From Gonapodya sp. JEL0774 (Eukaryota), in the NCBI GenBank assembly GCA_027604505.1, contig JADIIX010000096.1, forward strand, positions 1 to 64,000: a stretch of DNA of 64,000 nt. The letters run 5' to 3'. Made by a program: the position numbers and the translations under genes. Under the pieces are notes generated by a model. The model ran no database searches and had not been told where the DNA came from. It saw only the letters and a list, made by a program, of their open reading frames with translations. Shown one piece after another: positions 1 through 13,622 of the stretch. Within the stretch, counting starts at the first letter, position 1. Every line of letters starts with the position of its first letter.

Positions 1-539
1 CTAGAGACACTAGCAATATACATACGAGTACTCGAGACTACGTCCGGACCCACGGAACCGTCACGGTTACACTACATACTCCTAAGTGTTGTTTCCAGTT
101 GATTTGAGACATATATCAGCGGAACAAGGTTGCAATTAGATTTTTATGTATCAGAGATATTTTTCTCAACGTATTGAATCGATAAAATGGCTCCTGTTCC
201 TCACATCCTTGTGGTTCAAGTTGCGTCATTCACACATGTCCCTCCCTTTGAAACAAACAAAATTCTCCACATTTGGGCCAGTTGACAGCATCGCGTGGTA
301 GTGCACAGTAAATTTTGGTCCTTATTTGGAGGAAAATAGGCGGGGTGGTCTCGAATCGCTCATTCTCACCAATTCTGTGATAGTTAGGTTGGAATCGTTC
401 TGCTTTCCAGTCTCAAATCTCGTCCAAATGCAAGGAATGGGTAAACGCTCAGAAAGCGCGTGATAAAAGAGGCCTCGATAGCTTGGTGCTGTCTGAATTC
501 AATTGTGAATTCTTCCGTTGATAATGTCTTCCTGAACAG

Positions 540-1640
540 ATGAGGCGATGAACTTCGAGAAACTGTGCAGCATCATCACATGCCTTTTCTCATAAATTTC
601 CGCCCCCCCGCCCCCCCCCACCCCCCAAACCGAAGCCAAATTTTGTCTTGGACACAACGGTACCCTGTCAGAATCTGCTTTGGCAATCTCCATTACCATC
701 TTCTCCCTGCCCTGCGCCCTCACTCGATTCCATATCGATGCTTCCCGTTGCTTCAACCCCTTCAGCATCTCGCAGATCAAGCTGCAGCTTTGGAGTGGAG
801 CAGAGTGAAAGAACGGCGTGGAAATTGGGAGGTAGTCGAGAGAGAGCTTGAGATTGGGGAGTTTTGTGGCGTTGGAGTGAGTGAGTAAATTTGGAAGGAA
901 CAAATGGATTCCAACACACTAGCCCAACTGAGCACTAAGTCTCTCGGATATCAACTACTCAGCATTAAATGGTCACGTCTCTCATTACGGAGGTTCTCCT
1001 TTTCGCTCATATCCGACTTCTGCACGCCAATCACGAGCATTGTCCCACGCTGTAGAGGCGCTCGTTCCCAAGGAGGTCTCCAAGGTCAAGGAGGGCGAAG
1101 GAGACTATCCTAATCAAAGCCGCGATGGCGATGCAGGCGGAGATTGTCCCGCACGGTAGGGGAGGATCCACAAAGACCGTGCTTTACAAGAAGAACAAAT
1201 GGTGGACAGAGGGGCTCATCTCTGCCGCACAGGCTCTGACGTTTGCGACCAACTTGCTTGTGGATGCTCCCGATGGTGTGGTGAAAGGGATCAGGAAGTT
1301 GGAGAAGCTGGTGGTGGAGCTACCTAAGTGTCTGCCTGCTGCGACAACCCAGCTTGCTGCCGCATCTCATGTCAAGGGTCCAAGTCTCAGGAGAAGTTAG
1401 ATGCAGCGGTTATGGCGGTTGGGTAGCCCAGCAAGCTTTTGGTGAAATCCGCCAGAGACGGTGTGCCAAGGAGCAGGCAGCGGCTGACGTGTGGACGAAC
1501 CAGATCAGGATCGCCGATATGGAACAACAAGTGAAGATTTTGGAGCTTGAGAGGGACTTGGCCACTGCATGGCAGAAGCTTGCGGAGAGACACGGCGTGA
1601 GGCGTACTATTCGGACAAACCTTCCATGGGACGACATGAA
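540..1640 (+). pseudogene. SLA2: Decayed copy of SLA2/END4 (HIP1R-like) C-terminal talin-like I/LWEQ domain
   Basis: LIKAAMAMQAEIVPHGRGGSTKTVLYKKNKWWTEGLISAAQAL...AATTQLAAASHVK (1110-1400) and MEQQVKILELERDLATAWQKL in a different frame match the Sla2 THATCH domain. There are frame changes, stops and substitutions at normally invariant positions. The 5' limit is uncertain. Confidence 0.8.
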
Positions 1641-1958
1641 AGATTCGATTGTGACATAAGTTGGATGTTGGTGTCTCACTCTACTGCTTGATGAGGAACG
1701 TATATCATCAGTATTGGTGCAGGCTTCAGTGTGGCTGTGATTTGGATTTTGAAATACATTCTGGCTATTGTACGTTTGATTTACTTTTTCTCCAAGGTCA
1801 TGACGACTTGGTATGTTTCACCAGCTGGCGGGGGAACAGGGAACCCAGTCACCGTTGTAGATTGACCCTGACTCCGAGATGTTGAAGGGGACAGGCAAGC
1901 CATAAAATAAACCAGAACTAAATAAATGTTGTGAAGGGTCAAACAAACAGGTACCTTG

Positions 1959-2051
1959 GCTCTTGTAGCACAGTCGGCAGTGCACGGTACTTATAGGAGG
2001 CTCTGCTTCTATGCTATGCCGTGGTCGCGGGTTCGAGCCCCGCCAGGAGCA
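1959..2051 (+). tRNA. tRNA-Ile(UAU) with a 20-nt intron (1996-2015)
   Basis: Acceptor stem GCTCTTG/CAGGAGC+A; D stem GCAC/GTGC; anticodon stem CGGTA/TGCCG; anticodon TAT at 1992-1994; intron at the canonical 37/38 position; T-arm GCGGG-TTCGAGC-CCCGC. Confidence 0.95.
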
Positions 2052-2561
2052 GGTTTTGCTGATAGAATCGGTTTCATTTTTTTGCGCCAGTTACATCGCA
2101 AGACGACCTTGTACGCTTGCGAAACGCCAATAACGTATAATAGGAACGAAAGGTAATCGGATCGAGCACCCTTAGCCAATCTCCAATTCAGAAAGAAGTA
2201 GAAGGTGATATTTGAAGCTCATTCTGCATTACGCACGTTTGATGCTTTCCTTTGGCAGAGACAAAACCCTCAAGTCTCTTTCAATTATTTGTGTTGATCG
2301 GCGACAGCGGCTGTCCACAAAATCGTCCAACTGGGCTCCACCACGGTCCGCCAACGACTCAGAACTCAACAGTCCAACTACCTATCCAGGATCGATCCCC
2401 GACAAAGTTCCAGAACCGATAATCGTGGTGAAGTGAATAGCTGGGATACGGGACAAAAACTCCCTTCACTGATCCCCGCGGGTCTAGGACACCTTCGCCC
2501 GTTGAATCTCGTCCATAGTCGACCCTTATCATACACTAATCCGCACGAAATCAACTGAGCT

Positions 2562-5500
2562 ATGGCGACGATTCGCAGAGTATCTCGGACTCGCGTGTCC
2601 TATATCATCACGGACGATTACACCGATTTCTCGCATCGGGCTGGCATCAACGCGCTCGCCATCGACACAGACACTCATGTCGCGTGGGGGGGAGACACTA
2701 CTAAGGCAGATCGTGGTGGTATCTTGTACTCTGGTGGCAGGGATGCCGTGGTGAACTCTTGGGATCTCCACTTGGCACTCGGGAGACGCAGCCACCCACC
2801 GCAGAAACCTGATGAGGCCGAACGCATGGATTTTTTCGGTAGCACGGAACCCTCTCCTTCTTCTGCGCCCGTTTCTTCCACGTTGAGCGAACCTGACTTG
2901 GTCAACGGTCGAACCCCACACGCCAAGAAGCTGTCTCAGTCCCAATCTTCATTCGTTGCTTCCGGACTCTCGTCCACAACGGGTGTTGCTTCTTCTCCCG
3001 CTGCTGCTCGTGCGCCTCTGGAGATCTCTCTAGACTCTCACCGACGTGTTTACTCCCCTCCCGCCACTACACATCGCTCAACCTTCCGTCACCACTCGGA
3101 TTGGATCAATGACATTGTTCTTGTCAACGGAAACAAGCACTGTGAGTTTATTAAATATGTGGCGACACGGTTATCGGAGGACCAGCTCTTGCCTTGAAGC
3201 TTTGGCAAGAGCATCTAGAATCTGTGATCACTTGAGTATCGCTCTCGAAACACGAGAGAGTTTAAATCGTCTTCCAATTAACCAATCTGAATGCTAGTTG
3301 TCTCCGCCTCTAACGACCGAACGCTCAACCTGTGGACGGCGCACCCTTCAAATGAGTTCGACAGTGCTTATTTGGTTGGGCCCCCTGCCAACCCACCTTA
3401 TTTGCCCCAACCCCATCGCCTGGGAGCCCATACGGACTACGTCAAATCTCTCGCAGGGGCGCCTCTTGCTAACTGGGTGGCATCGGCCGGGACCGACCGT
3501 CGAATCTGCCTCTGGTCTCTTCAGGAATGCAGACCGGCCCCTGTGCGCTCACTATGGGGTGTAAATCTCTATAATGAGGGCGCAACCGTAGTGATGGGAG
3601 AGCCTCAAGCGAGCGTCTATGCCGTTGGGACGAACAAAGTTGGGTCAGTGTTGGTGAGTGGCAGCACCGAGGGATACGTCAGGTGTTGGGACCCAAGAGT
3701 GCCAAGAAGGACGGTGAAGATGGTTGGACATACAGACAACATCAGAGCGGTTGTCGTAAGCGAGGATGGTCGATGGGTGAGTTCCAGAGGGGTTGCGTCG
3801 GTTCAATCGCGAGTATAGCCTCATCTTCATGGCGCACTCGGACGTCCATTTCATAATTGGGCTCCCCCCTCTTTGTATGTATTCGGCGTTTCTCTAGGTA
3901 CTGTCTGCGTCATCTGACGCCACAATCAAGCTCTGGCACCTCGCCTCACCTCACCGATGTGTCGCCACCTGGTCTCACTCGGCGAGCTCGGTTTGGTCGC
4001 TCTTCTCGACGCACCCAACCCTTGACGTCTGGTGGGCTGGTGGTAAAGACGGCTGGATATGGAAGGGTGGACGTGGTGCTCATGAAGCCCAGGGAGAAGG
4101 CAAGAGAGTTAAGAGTTACGAAGAAGAGCCGGGAGATGTAGTCGCTGTCGGAAGGGAGAGCAATGGAGTTGTTAAGGTGAGTGTAGCATTCTCTCTCGGA
4201 AAGTCTGTGATATAAACCGGATGTTAAAATACTGAAATTCCTGACCAGCTTGTTGCCGTGGATGACCTTTTCGTCTGGACTGCAACCTCATCTTCTTCCA
4301 TTCACCGTTGGCCAGATGTCCCTTTTGGCGTTACAAAGCCGGTTTACTATACACTTCCCACTCCCTCTGTCGACAAAGAACCCTCCACTGCGTCTTTCCT
4401 ATACCCGGCATTCATTCCATCAGCAAACGAACCTACTAATCCTTACACTATCCCTGCGTCGTCGATAATTCGTGCTGCCAGCGGGTCTCCCCTCTCAGCT
4501 TCCAAGACTTCTGTCCTACCCACAGCCGAACGCGCCGAAGAGTCCGAGGAGCTTGAAGTGGAACCGGCTAATCATAATCCGGACGCCATGGGCACAATAA
4601 AAGGGATGGCGGGAATCGTATCTTGGCAGGTGCTCAATAACCGGAGGGAAGTGGTCGCCGTTGACAGTGAAGGTGGTGTGGCGCTTTGGGATATAATTCG
4701 CGTAAGTAACGTATTTCCTTGTGTGCTCAAGTGTCAGGTCTTGTTTCTTTTTCGCACATACCTCTTTTTCCTTCTGTTAAGTGTGTAAAAACCAGGACCC
4801 TTCCTGCCCATACCCCTCTTGCCTCTGTCTTGGCGGATCCCGCCATTAATCCCCTTGACTGGAGTGCCACATGGTGCACTCTGGACGCACGCACGGGCAA
4901 CCTCACAGTCCATTTGGAGGAAAGTCGAGCTTTCGACGCAGAAGCATATTGGGAAGACGCAGCCAAGGGTGTTGTAGGGGTTGAAGTGGAGGATCAAAGA
5001 GGTTGGTAGTCCAAATTATGGACATGTAGACCGTGTTACTGACAAGTGAAGCACTGTGTTAGTGAATGTTGGTAAATGGATCCTCACCCACTTATTCCAC
5101 AACTTCCGCGAGGCGTGCAAGAATCCGGGTTTCAAGGGCTCACAGTCGATTACTACGATGAACACCTTGGCGGTCACCGACTCCCCTGTTCGCGAACCAA
5201 ATGGCGAAGTGCCCGGCGGTGGAGGTGCCCGTGACACGGCAAACACGGCAGCCCAATCTTCCACACTACCCTCACGTAGTTCCTACGATGGCGCTCATGC
5301 GTCATCGGTGGACGAGATCACCGGCCCGAAAGTTTCTCTTCCAACATCTCTGGATCCAGCAGCGCCTGTCCCATCAAATGCACCTAGCACCACCGTTCTT
5401 GTCACTGGGAACTCTACCAGTGCCAGCGCGCCTCCCACCCCGGTACCATCAGGTCCACCTACTCCAGACAGACAAATGAGTTTCGGAACGGAGAAACCTG

Positions 5501-6400
5501 CTGCTGGAACCCCACCGGCTTCATCTAGTGGATTCATGGATATGTTTAAGTGGAGGAAAAAGGGTGGAGACGGTGGTACTTCAAACGATCGGACGCGGTC
5601 AGGCACAAACGATGAGGTAAGTTTCAATTGTGTCGACGTGAAGCAGGAATACGTCTCACCATATCATCAAATGATGAATTGCCCTCAAAGGACTCCGTTG
5701 GGGGAATGGGGGCCATCAAGCCCGATCATCCGCCGCTGGTTCTACCTCCGCAAGTCCCCATTATTGTATCAGTTGAAGAGTCTTCTGAGGCCAGCAACTT
5801 TCTGGATCTATACCGTGGTACTGCAGCCACAATAGGAAATCCCGCAGATGTTGAGAGACTCCGCCAAGTCATACCAACTTGGGTGTACGAATTTGTGGTA
5901 GAAAAGAAATCTAACACCAAGGAACCGGTAAAGATGAGCTTTGTTATGTCTCCGGCTCTGGGATCAGACTTACCGGAACTCCCGAACGGGTGAGTGGTGA
6001 GAGGACGTTCTCTGCATATGTCTGTGTCATGGAAACCGTTTTCAAGGAACAACCGGTTATCCGCTAACCGCATGCTCCGGATCAAGAAACTGCTATCTTA
6101 CATCGCAGAGAAGTTGAGTCTAGAAGAGTCGACGAAGGGTACTGGACAACTTAAACCTGAGCAGTTTTTGGAGCTATGCTGTCATGGACAGGTGAATTGT
6201 TCAATGGAAGTGCTACAGATAGCAAGGCAGTCAAAATATTAACGACGCACTCTCCTTACGTCCATAAGTCGCTTGATTCAAAACTTACTCTGGCTGCTGT
6301 TCGCTACAACTTATGGAAAGGCGGGGGTGATATGGTTTTGACTTATCGATACATTGTGAGAAATGTGAGCTCCCATGAAGTAGGTTTGAATCAGGGCTGA
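2562..6400 (+). CDS. WDR48: WD40 deubiquitinase regulator WDR48/UAF1 (Bun107/Duf1-like), multi-exon
   Basis: N-terminal RVSYII...HRAGINAL...[53 protein letters not shown]-terminal [14 protein letters not shown] and [22 protein letters not shown] (DUF3337-type). GT-AG introns join the ORFs. Confidence 0.9.
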
Positions 6401-6647
6401 AAACTTCACTCATCGCACCACCAATTATTCCTCAGCTTGATGCGAGGGGTTAAACCTCCGAACTACTTCGGTTCCCCATATTGATTTTGAATTTAAGACA
6501 TACGAGAGCGAGAAGGGCTTAGGGTACTATGAAATATGAGTAAATCAAACAAATACGGTACATCCTCGGTGCGTACTGCTTGTTCGTCGTGAGTTATCGG
6601 TTGGTGAAACGGGGAACATCGCTCACTCCCAACAAATACATGCACAC

Positions 6648-9600
6648 ATGTCGGGGTCCGGGTTTTTAAAGTCAATGCGGTCATCGACTGACCTACGATC
6701 GTCCTCGAAGAAGACTCGAGAGTCCCGGGAAGCGCGGGAGACCGCAAGCGTATCGCTGTCTCGAAGATCAACTGATCAATCCTTTGCCCAGCCACCAACA
6801 CGCGCAGCCTCAGTCGTACATCCTTCCCCTCTGAGTAACACGAGAGAGTCCCGAAAATCGCAAAGAGGATCAGCCGGCGGATCCAGTGGAAGCATTCCAG
6901 ATCCATACTCAGTGCCCACGGATCCCCCTTATGTCGAGACTCCACGGTCGAGGAGGTCCGAGGATACGAGGCGACGAGTTACACAGGAGGAAGAGAAGAA
7001 ACGTGAGTCTGGATGGGGAGTTCTGGGACCAGAAGGCGAAAATGTTGACATTCATCATGCAGTTCTCATGTTTTACGGTTTGGAACGAGAGGAGCTGGGG
7101 TAAGGCGTCTGGAGATCATTTGAGGCAGATTGCATGTCTCAAGTGCTCGTGAAATCTACTGCGCTGCTAGACTGGAAACCGAAGTATGGCCCGAAGATTC
7201 TACAGCATCTTCAGCTCCACCAACCACTGATGGTCGAATGCCGGACCTTCTCGGGGGTGGTCAAAGCCGCCAAGCACCTGCATTCTTGGACTACACGGAG
7301 AATCTTGCACTTACGGTGGACCAGGACCCTCTGGGTGTGAAGGAAAGTATATTCCCCGCCAGAAGCAAGAAGAAGATGAAAGCCAGCTCGTCCCAAGAAG
7401 CTATGGAAAAGAAGGGAGACCAAATCTCGCGTAAGCATATCATTTTGTGTTGTTTCGCACCCTGTTGAACATGGGACAGCGAAGCGGCTGGGAAATGTGG
7501 AACACGACCAAGAACTCATTTTCTATTTCCGCCGCACAGCCTCTGACCCTCGCCTGAATATCAATTCAAAATCTTTTCAACCGACTTTGTTTTTGCGGGA
7601 GGTCCACCGGAACACCGGTTTCGACGATTTGGATCGCGGCGCGGACCACCTTCGACATTCTGTAGCACAGTGGAACGACACATTGAAGGTGGTGGTCAAA
7701 GAGAACTTTGATCGGTTTGTTACCGCGAAGAGCACAATAGACGGTAAGATCCATTTCCCAACATCGCACAACCAGAGAGTCATTCTCCTCGCACGGGTTT
7801 CAGATCTCTACAAGGAGTTTCGCTCCCGCGACATGAACTCCTCAGTTGAGTTTGGTCTCGAAAATTTTGGAGTGGCGCTGGAAGGTTCGACTTCCCATTT
7901 AGAACTTTGTTGGGGTGACATTGGCTGGAACTACCCCAAATTTCAGCCGCCACAACACGCGCAAAGGAAGTCTGGTTACCTCTTCTTGAACGCCGTGAAC
8001 AAGCAGAGCGTATTCGCATTGCTCTGGGAATGCTCGAGAGATGGAAAGTATTCTTCAATTTGCCGAGCTCCCTTCAAGATTCAATGAGAAGGGTGAGGTT
8101 TGAGAATCCTCTGACCATGAAGGATCGCCATGTTTTACACACTTTCATTTCGCTCGTCGGTGGAAGGGCAAGGTTGATGTCGCAGTCCGCGATTACAAAC
8201 GGGGAAAACTCTTGATGCAGACAGTACAAAGACCCCAGAAGAGTTCGTAGGCGTGCGATGTGTTGGAGAGGGTGATGAACCCCGTGAAACTGACCATGCT
8301 CACAGTTTTTGACCGAGTCTGGGGCGAGGTCGAAAAGATTGTATCTTCTCTGTGCACGCAACTGCTCAAGCAGCTGGACGACCCCTGGGCTCCGCTTGAT
8401 TCCCAAGAGAAGGTCATCGGATATCTCTTGGATTTGGACTCAGAAGCGGACCCTGTTTGGTTTTACCTCGGAAGTCAGTTCCGGTTCATCGTAGGGTTGA
8501 TGCAAGACGCGTATCAGGAGTATGTAAGCCGGTTGGAACGTGAGTGGATTAGTTATGCTGGCCACATGAGCCATCCTTCATTTGTTGACTTGCTTTCTCC
8601 TCACCCTGAGTCATCCGAAGAGGAGGCCAATCAACAATGCACAACCTCCCTCGAGTTAATGTCTCGGGACCACCTGCGCTTGGACGGCGGGGAATGAGCA
8701 CGAAAGTAGCTCCCCCCACTCGCAAAGCAACCGCCGAGCCCGATTCCACGACCCAAGCTCGATCGCCAGCTGCTGATTCCGATGACGACGCCATCGATGG
8801 CAAAGATGCCGGCGGAGGACCCGCGAAAGTGGCCGGGATGTCTGCCTCGCAGTTTACAAAGGCGATTGTACTTGCAGGCAAAGGGGGCAAGGAGTACCAG
8901 AAGGCTTTCGGTGCGAACTCGTTCGTGCGCCATTTGCGAATTGCTCATCAATTGCTTCCTTGTGGTTTGCACTTTTAAGCAAGGGACATTGATGTACAAT
9001 TATGGAAGGCTACCGCTAAGCTCATCAAGAGACTATCACACGTACTTCTGAATTCGTTACCGGACTTTTGGAGGCTTGTAACACATTTTGCCGAGGGGAA
9101 ATTTTCCAAGGTGCGAACATTGTTTACGCATCATACTCATGATACTGGCTCTCATCTCCATATCTACCGTCATTTAAGGGCACACAATCATCACAACTCC
9201 CTGACGCGCAACGCCGCAAGCGCCAGGCGACAGACTCTCGAAAGCTTGATCAAGTCAATTTCATGATGAAACAAATCGTCACATTTTACTCGTCCGTTCT
9301 CTCCGAAGTGTTCTTTCTTTCGACACCGCTCACCACGTTACGAACAGGCTTGTCGGACAGTGAGACAGGTCCGCCGACAGAGGGCCGGTCTCTCTCCCCT
9401 GTTCCTCCGACTTCGGTCGTGTTGGGTGCTTCTGCGAAGAATGACATCGAAGGAGACGGAGATCTTTCTGAGCGGAAGCTTGCAGCGATCACTCCACCAC
9501 CTCCCCCACCTGCCGAGCTCTCGACCTATCTGTTTTGTCATCCTCTGACTGCCTCTCATTTTTTCGCACGCGTGCTCGAGGACCTTGTTAGAGCTTGCGA

Positions 9601-11330
9601 AGAATTGCGGACAGTCAAAGTGATATGGGAAGACGAATCCATGACGTATCTAATTGAGATCGTTGAGAAGATCAAATGGAGAGCCACCGAGGTAGTATGC
9701 AATGGTATTGTCAGAGGTAAGAGGGAAAATGGTTCCTTCTCGCCACGACAGAGCTCCCATGAAGCTAAGCATCTCTATCGATAGAATCCCGCAACTTTTA
9801 CCAATACGAAGATTGGACGTTTGACATTGAGGGTCCACAGATGCGGCGTTATGATGGTAGGACAGATTCCGACGGTCCAACAAATTGGTCCGAAACCACC
9901 ACCTTCCTGCGCCTGTATAACCATTTTATCAAGTCGTCTCTCCGTGCTGTCTGGCTCATCGTAAACTCAAACGCCTCCATATACTCGGACGATTCGGTAG
10001 GAACGAGGAAAGCGTCGAGCTCCAATCTAGCGCTCGGTGGCTCTTCCAATGACATTCGCCTTAGGGAGAACCTTGATAAAATTCGTACCACCTTCTTTGA
10101 TTCTTTCTATGCCATTATTGATGGGCTGCAATGGCTCGCGGTGGAATGGAGGCCCTCACGAGGAGGAACTTCCAAGCGAGGGGCATTGATGGCAATTGAT
10201 GGAGACGAAAGTGGTATTGCTGCAGATTCTATACTAGATCTTGAATCTGCGGCTAGACGCAAGTCTGACATGGCTTGGGCAGACGAGGTAGCTTTCAAGG
10301 ATGGCTCGGTCACACCCACAACTGCGCCTGCCACGAAAAAGAAGACCAAGGCTGTGGACGTGTCACGACAGGTGAACAATATTTGACTGCTGCCATTGCA
10401 TATGGTTAAACATTGGAAAGGCGTTTGCAGGATGTCCGATCGCTGGTCGTTCTGAGTAACCTCACCCACTTCCGAAACTCCATGGTGCCCAAGCTTCTAT
10501 CTTCTTTCCAAGAAATTTTTGCAATATCTGTGAATAAAGATGCACAAGTGAGAGATTTTATCGCGTGAATTTGTGTCCACAAGTAGCGGTTGTAACGAGT
10601 TGAACCAGACTTTCAGGGAAATTGCGGATCATTTGGACGCAATCATATTCGAAGCATTCATTCGACGGAAGACCGTCCGTCTGGACGAAGTCGTGCGTAC
10701 GGGTATACTGTACAGCGGCATTGACTGGTTCCTCATATCGCGACCACAAGGTTGGTAGCGTCCTGGCTGACTTCGCGAGATGGCACCTGACAAGTTTACT
10801 ATCTGTAGAGGTATCACCCTATGTTTATGACCTTCTCGTATCTCTCGTGATGATACACTCGGAGGTCAGCGATGTTAGCAAATCTCTTGTTCGCCGAGCT
10901 CTCTCTGAACTATTTGTCGAGGTTGCCCAATGTGTTCTGTCGTGCTTTCGGAAGGTGGACAAGTTCAGCGTTGCTGGAATGCTTCAAGCTACCCTCGAAA
11001 CCGAGTTTCTTCATCAATCACTCACAAATTTCGAGACTCCTTTGTCAAGTTTAATTTTGAAACTTGTCTATGAGAGTGTCGAGCGTGGAACCGTGTACGA
11101 GGATGAGCTTTCTGCGGGTGGTGTTAGTGGTCTGGGCCAGCTTCGTGGCGGAGGTAACAACGCGGGAATGACAGACATGTTGCGGTGAGTAGTGTGTGTG
11201 ATGAGTGAGGTTCGTGATATTGTGAAACTTATCACCCGATCATGAATGCCGTCACAGCTCTGTGAGAGAATACCTTGTTGAGTGTCGCAAGAGCACGGCC
11301 GTTATAACTGCTTGCTTTCGTGGTAGTTAA
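6648..11330 (+). CDS. SEC5: Exocyst complex component Sec5/EXOC2, multi-exon
   Basis: SKSFQPTLFLREVH...LKVVVKENFDRFVTAKSTID; FFNLPSSL; VRDYKRGK; DPVWFYL; EVSPYVYDLLVSLVMIHSEV; GMLQATLETEFLHQSL; final exon ends ...ITACFRGS* at 11330. Confidence 0.9.
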
Positions 11331-11528
11331 TTATAGTATTACATTGTTCATCCAAAAAGTTTTGTTCGACACCCCCTTGTTGTATTCGCGATCTCCAGTT
11401 GGTTCTCCGTGCCATCCAAGTTCATACCTGCGAGTGTTGGTTCGCCGTGCCACTTGAATGACTTGAACGCAAGAACACCGCGCTCCAATCCCACTTGCAT
11501 AAACTGGCCATTTTTTCCCACCTGCAAA

Positions 11529-12940
11529 ATGATTTCTGGAAGTCAGACACCACGAATCCTCGCACAACTTCATAAATGGGGGTCTTCCTCTTCACAACTG
11601 CCAAATCATCTTCCTTCACTCCGTGCCCATCTGGCATCGTCGGTGCAATCACATGGCGATGATGCGAGCTTTGCCGGTGTTAAGCACTTTCTCACACTGC
11701 GGGACTTTTCAGCTTCTCAAATATTGAGTCTTGTGAAGAAAGCTCTGGTCATCAAGGACCAAGTGAAATCGGGGCTTCCTCCCCCATCTCAACCATTTGC
11801 GGGGCGAACCCTTGGAATGGTGTTTTCGAAGCGCAGTACCAGGACCCGAGTATCTTGCGAATCTGGGTGGGCTTGGTATGGTGGTCATCCAATGTTTCTC
11901 GGTGTGAACGACATTCAAGTTAATGGTGGGGAGCCTTGGAAAGATACCTCCATAATTCTGGGATCGATGGTGGATTGCATTATGGCTCGATTGGGGGAGC
12001 ATGAGGAAGTAGAGGCAAGTTTTCGATTTTGATCAAAGATGCTATCTCGTCAGCCAGATTCAAGAAATCCATTTATCCATAAAAAGTTGCTCGCCAAGCA
12101 TGCCCCCGCCCCAGTCATCAACGGTCTTACCGCCAAATTTCACCCCCTACAAATTCTAGCGGACATTATGACTCTCTATGAGACTTACGCCCCCGGAGCC
12201 GCCACAGCTGCGGCTCCGCTACCCCATTTGTCCAACCTGAAAGTCGCGTGGGTTGGGGACGGGAACAACATTCTCAATGATCTGCTCGTCTCTCTTCCTC
12301 GCATTGGTGTCTCCCTTGCTGCAGCTACACCCAAGGGTTATGAATCTCCAGAAGATGTTGTGGACTTTGCCAAGAAGCACTCTCGCGGCGGCGCAAATGG
12401 GAGCAATGAAATGGGTGCCTTGACGCTGACTAGTGATCCTTTTGAGGCTGTCCACAATGCCGACGTACTTGTTACCGATACCTGGATTAGTATGGGCCAA
12501 GAAGCAGAGAAGGCGAAGCGATTACAAGCTTTTGCAAACTATCAAGTGAGGGGCACCGGAGCGTGGCAATTTTCATTTGTGTGTTGAGGTCTCTCCCCTC
12601 ATTTATAGATCACTGAGTCCATGGCTCGAAAAGGTGGTGCGAAGCCGGACTGGAAGTTCATGCACTGCCTCCCGAGGAAGTCGGAAGAAGTTGACGAAGA
12701 GGTGAATTTGTACCAGGAGGTTCATGTAAAGGCGCTACTCCCGAGCTCTTTATCTATTGTAGGTGTTCTACGGGCCCCGATCGATTGTGTGGCAGGAGGG
12801 TGAGAATCGAAAGTATACTGTGATGGCTGTATATGAGATGTTGATGCTGCAGGTGAGAGTGAGATTAAAGCATTTCCCTGTTTTCTTCGGGCACTTTACG
12901 AGCTCTTCCGTTCTTGCAGGCGAACAAAAGTTCCAATTAG
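11529..12940 (+). CDS. ARG3: Ornithine carbamoyltransferase, probably mitochondrial
   Basis: FSKRSTRTR carbamoyl-phosphate motif, [32 protein letters not shown]. The Ser/Arg/Leu-rich, acid-poor N-terminus resembles a presequence. Confidence 0.95.
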
Positions 12941-13045
12941 CTCACAAGAAAGTCGGCATATATAATAAATTAAACCCGATCCCACCTACATAACGCGATT
13001 CAACCGTAGGGATGCCAATGCTAATTGCAATGTGACTTTTCTTCA

Positions 13046-13399
13046 CTATCCTCCACTGACAGGTGGAATCACTGCGCATTCATCACCGCCCTTGACCATC
13101 GTCTTGTCATCGTCCACTTCCACATATTCCTGATTCAGGGCGAACATCATCCGATCGCGAAGCTTTGAGAGCCCCGGATGTCGTGCCACCACGATTTCCA
13201 CCACAGTTTTGACCGAGATTGGGGATGGGATGGTGATGGACTCGTTAGCGAGTCCTGCAAGATCACGAGCGGATGCAAAGTAAAGAACCGTGATGGGCTT
13301 TGTGGTCGCCACAATGTCCAGTAAGAGTTGAATTAAAGAGACGGTGAACATTGTTAAGCGACTGCGCTTTACCTTTTCTTCGGAGCTTGGGGAACTCAT
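13046..13399 (-). CDS. MOCS2A: Molybdopterin synthase sulfur-carrier small subunit (MoaD/MOCS2A)
   Basis: ITVLYFASARDLAG...FALNQEYV...GDECAVIPPVSGG* with a C-terminal di-glycine; probable in-frame intron 13298-13372. Confidence 0.92.
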   Translation of the reverse strand: MSSPSSEEKVKRSRLTMFTVSLIQLLLDIVATTKPITVLYFASARDLAGLANESITIPSPISVKTVVEIVVARHPGLSKLRDRMMFALNQEYVEVDDDKTMVKGGDECAVIPPVSGG

Positions 13400-13622
13400 G
13401 CTCTAGGTTCAGTTTTGAATGGGTTGGTGTGGTGTGCTGTGCAGGTTCCCTCACCAAGGCTGTGATCCGTCACGGAAGGCCACATGTAACACTGGGAATC
13501 TTGCGTTAAAAAACAAAAATATGAACTCAGAAAACCAGGACATGTAGGTAGAATCACTCCAAAATATGTTTAACCATGAACAACATTACACGCCAAGAGC
13601 CCAAATCGATCAGACCAACACA

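Noticed and set aside
1..70. Possible 3' end of an LTR (...GGTTACA)
   Set aside because: Truncated by the window edge; no second LTR, PBS/PPT or retroelement coding sequence visible.
13046..13500. Bicistronic MOCS2A/MOCS2B arrangement as in animals
   Set aside because: No MoaE-like frame overlaps or follows the small subunit; the OTC 3' end lies immediately downstream.
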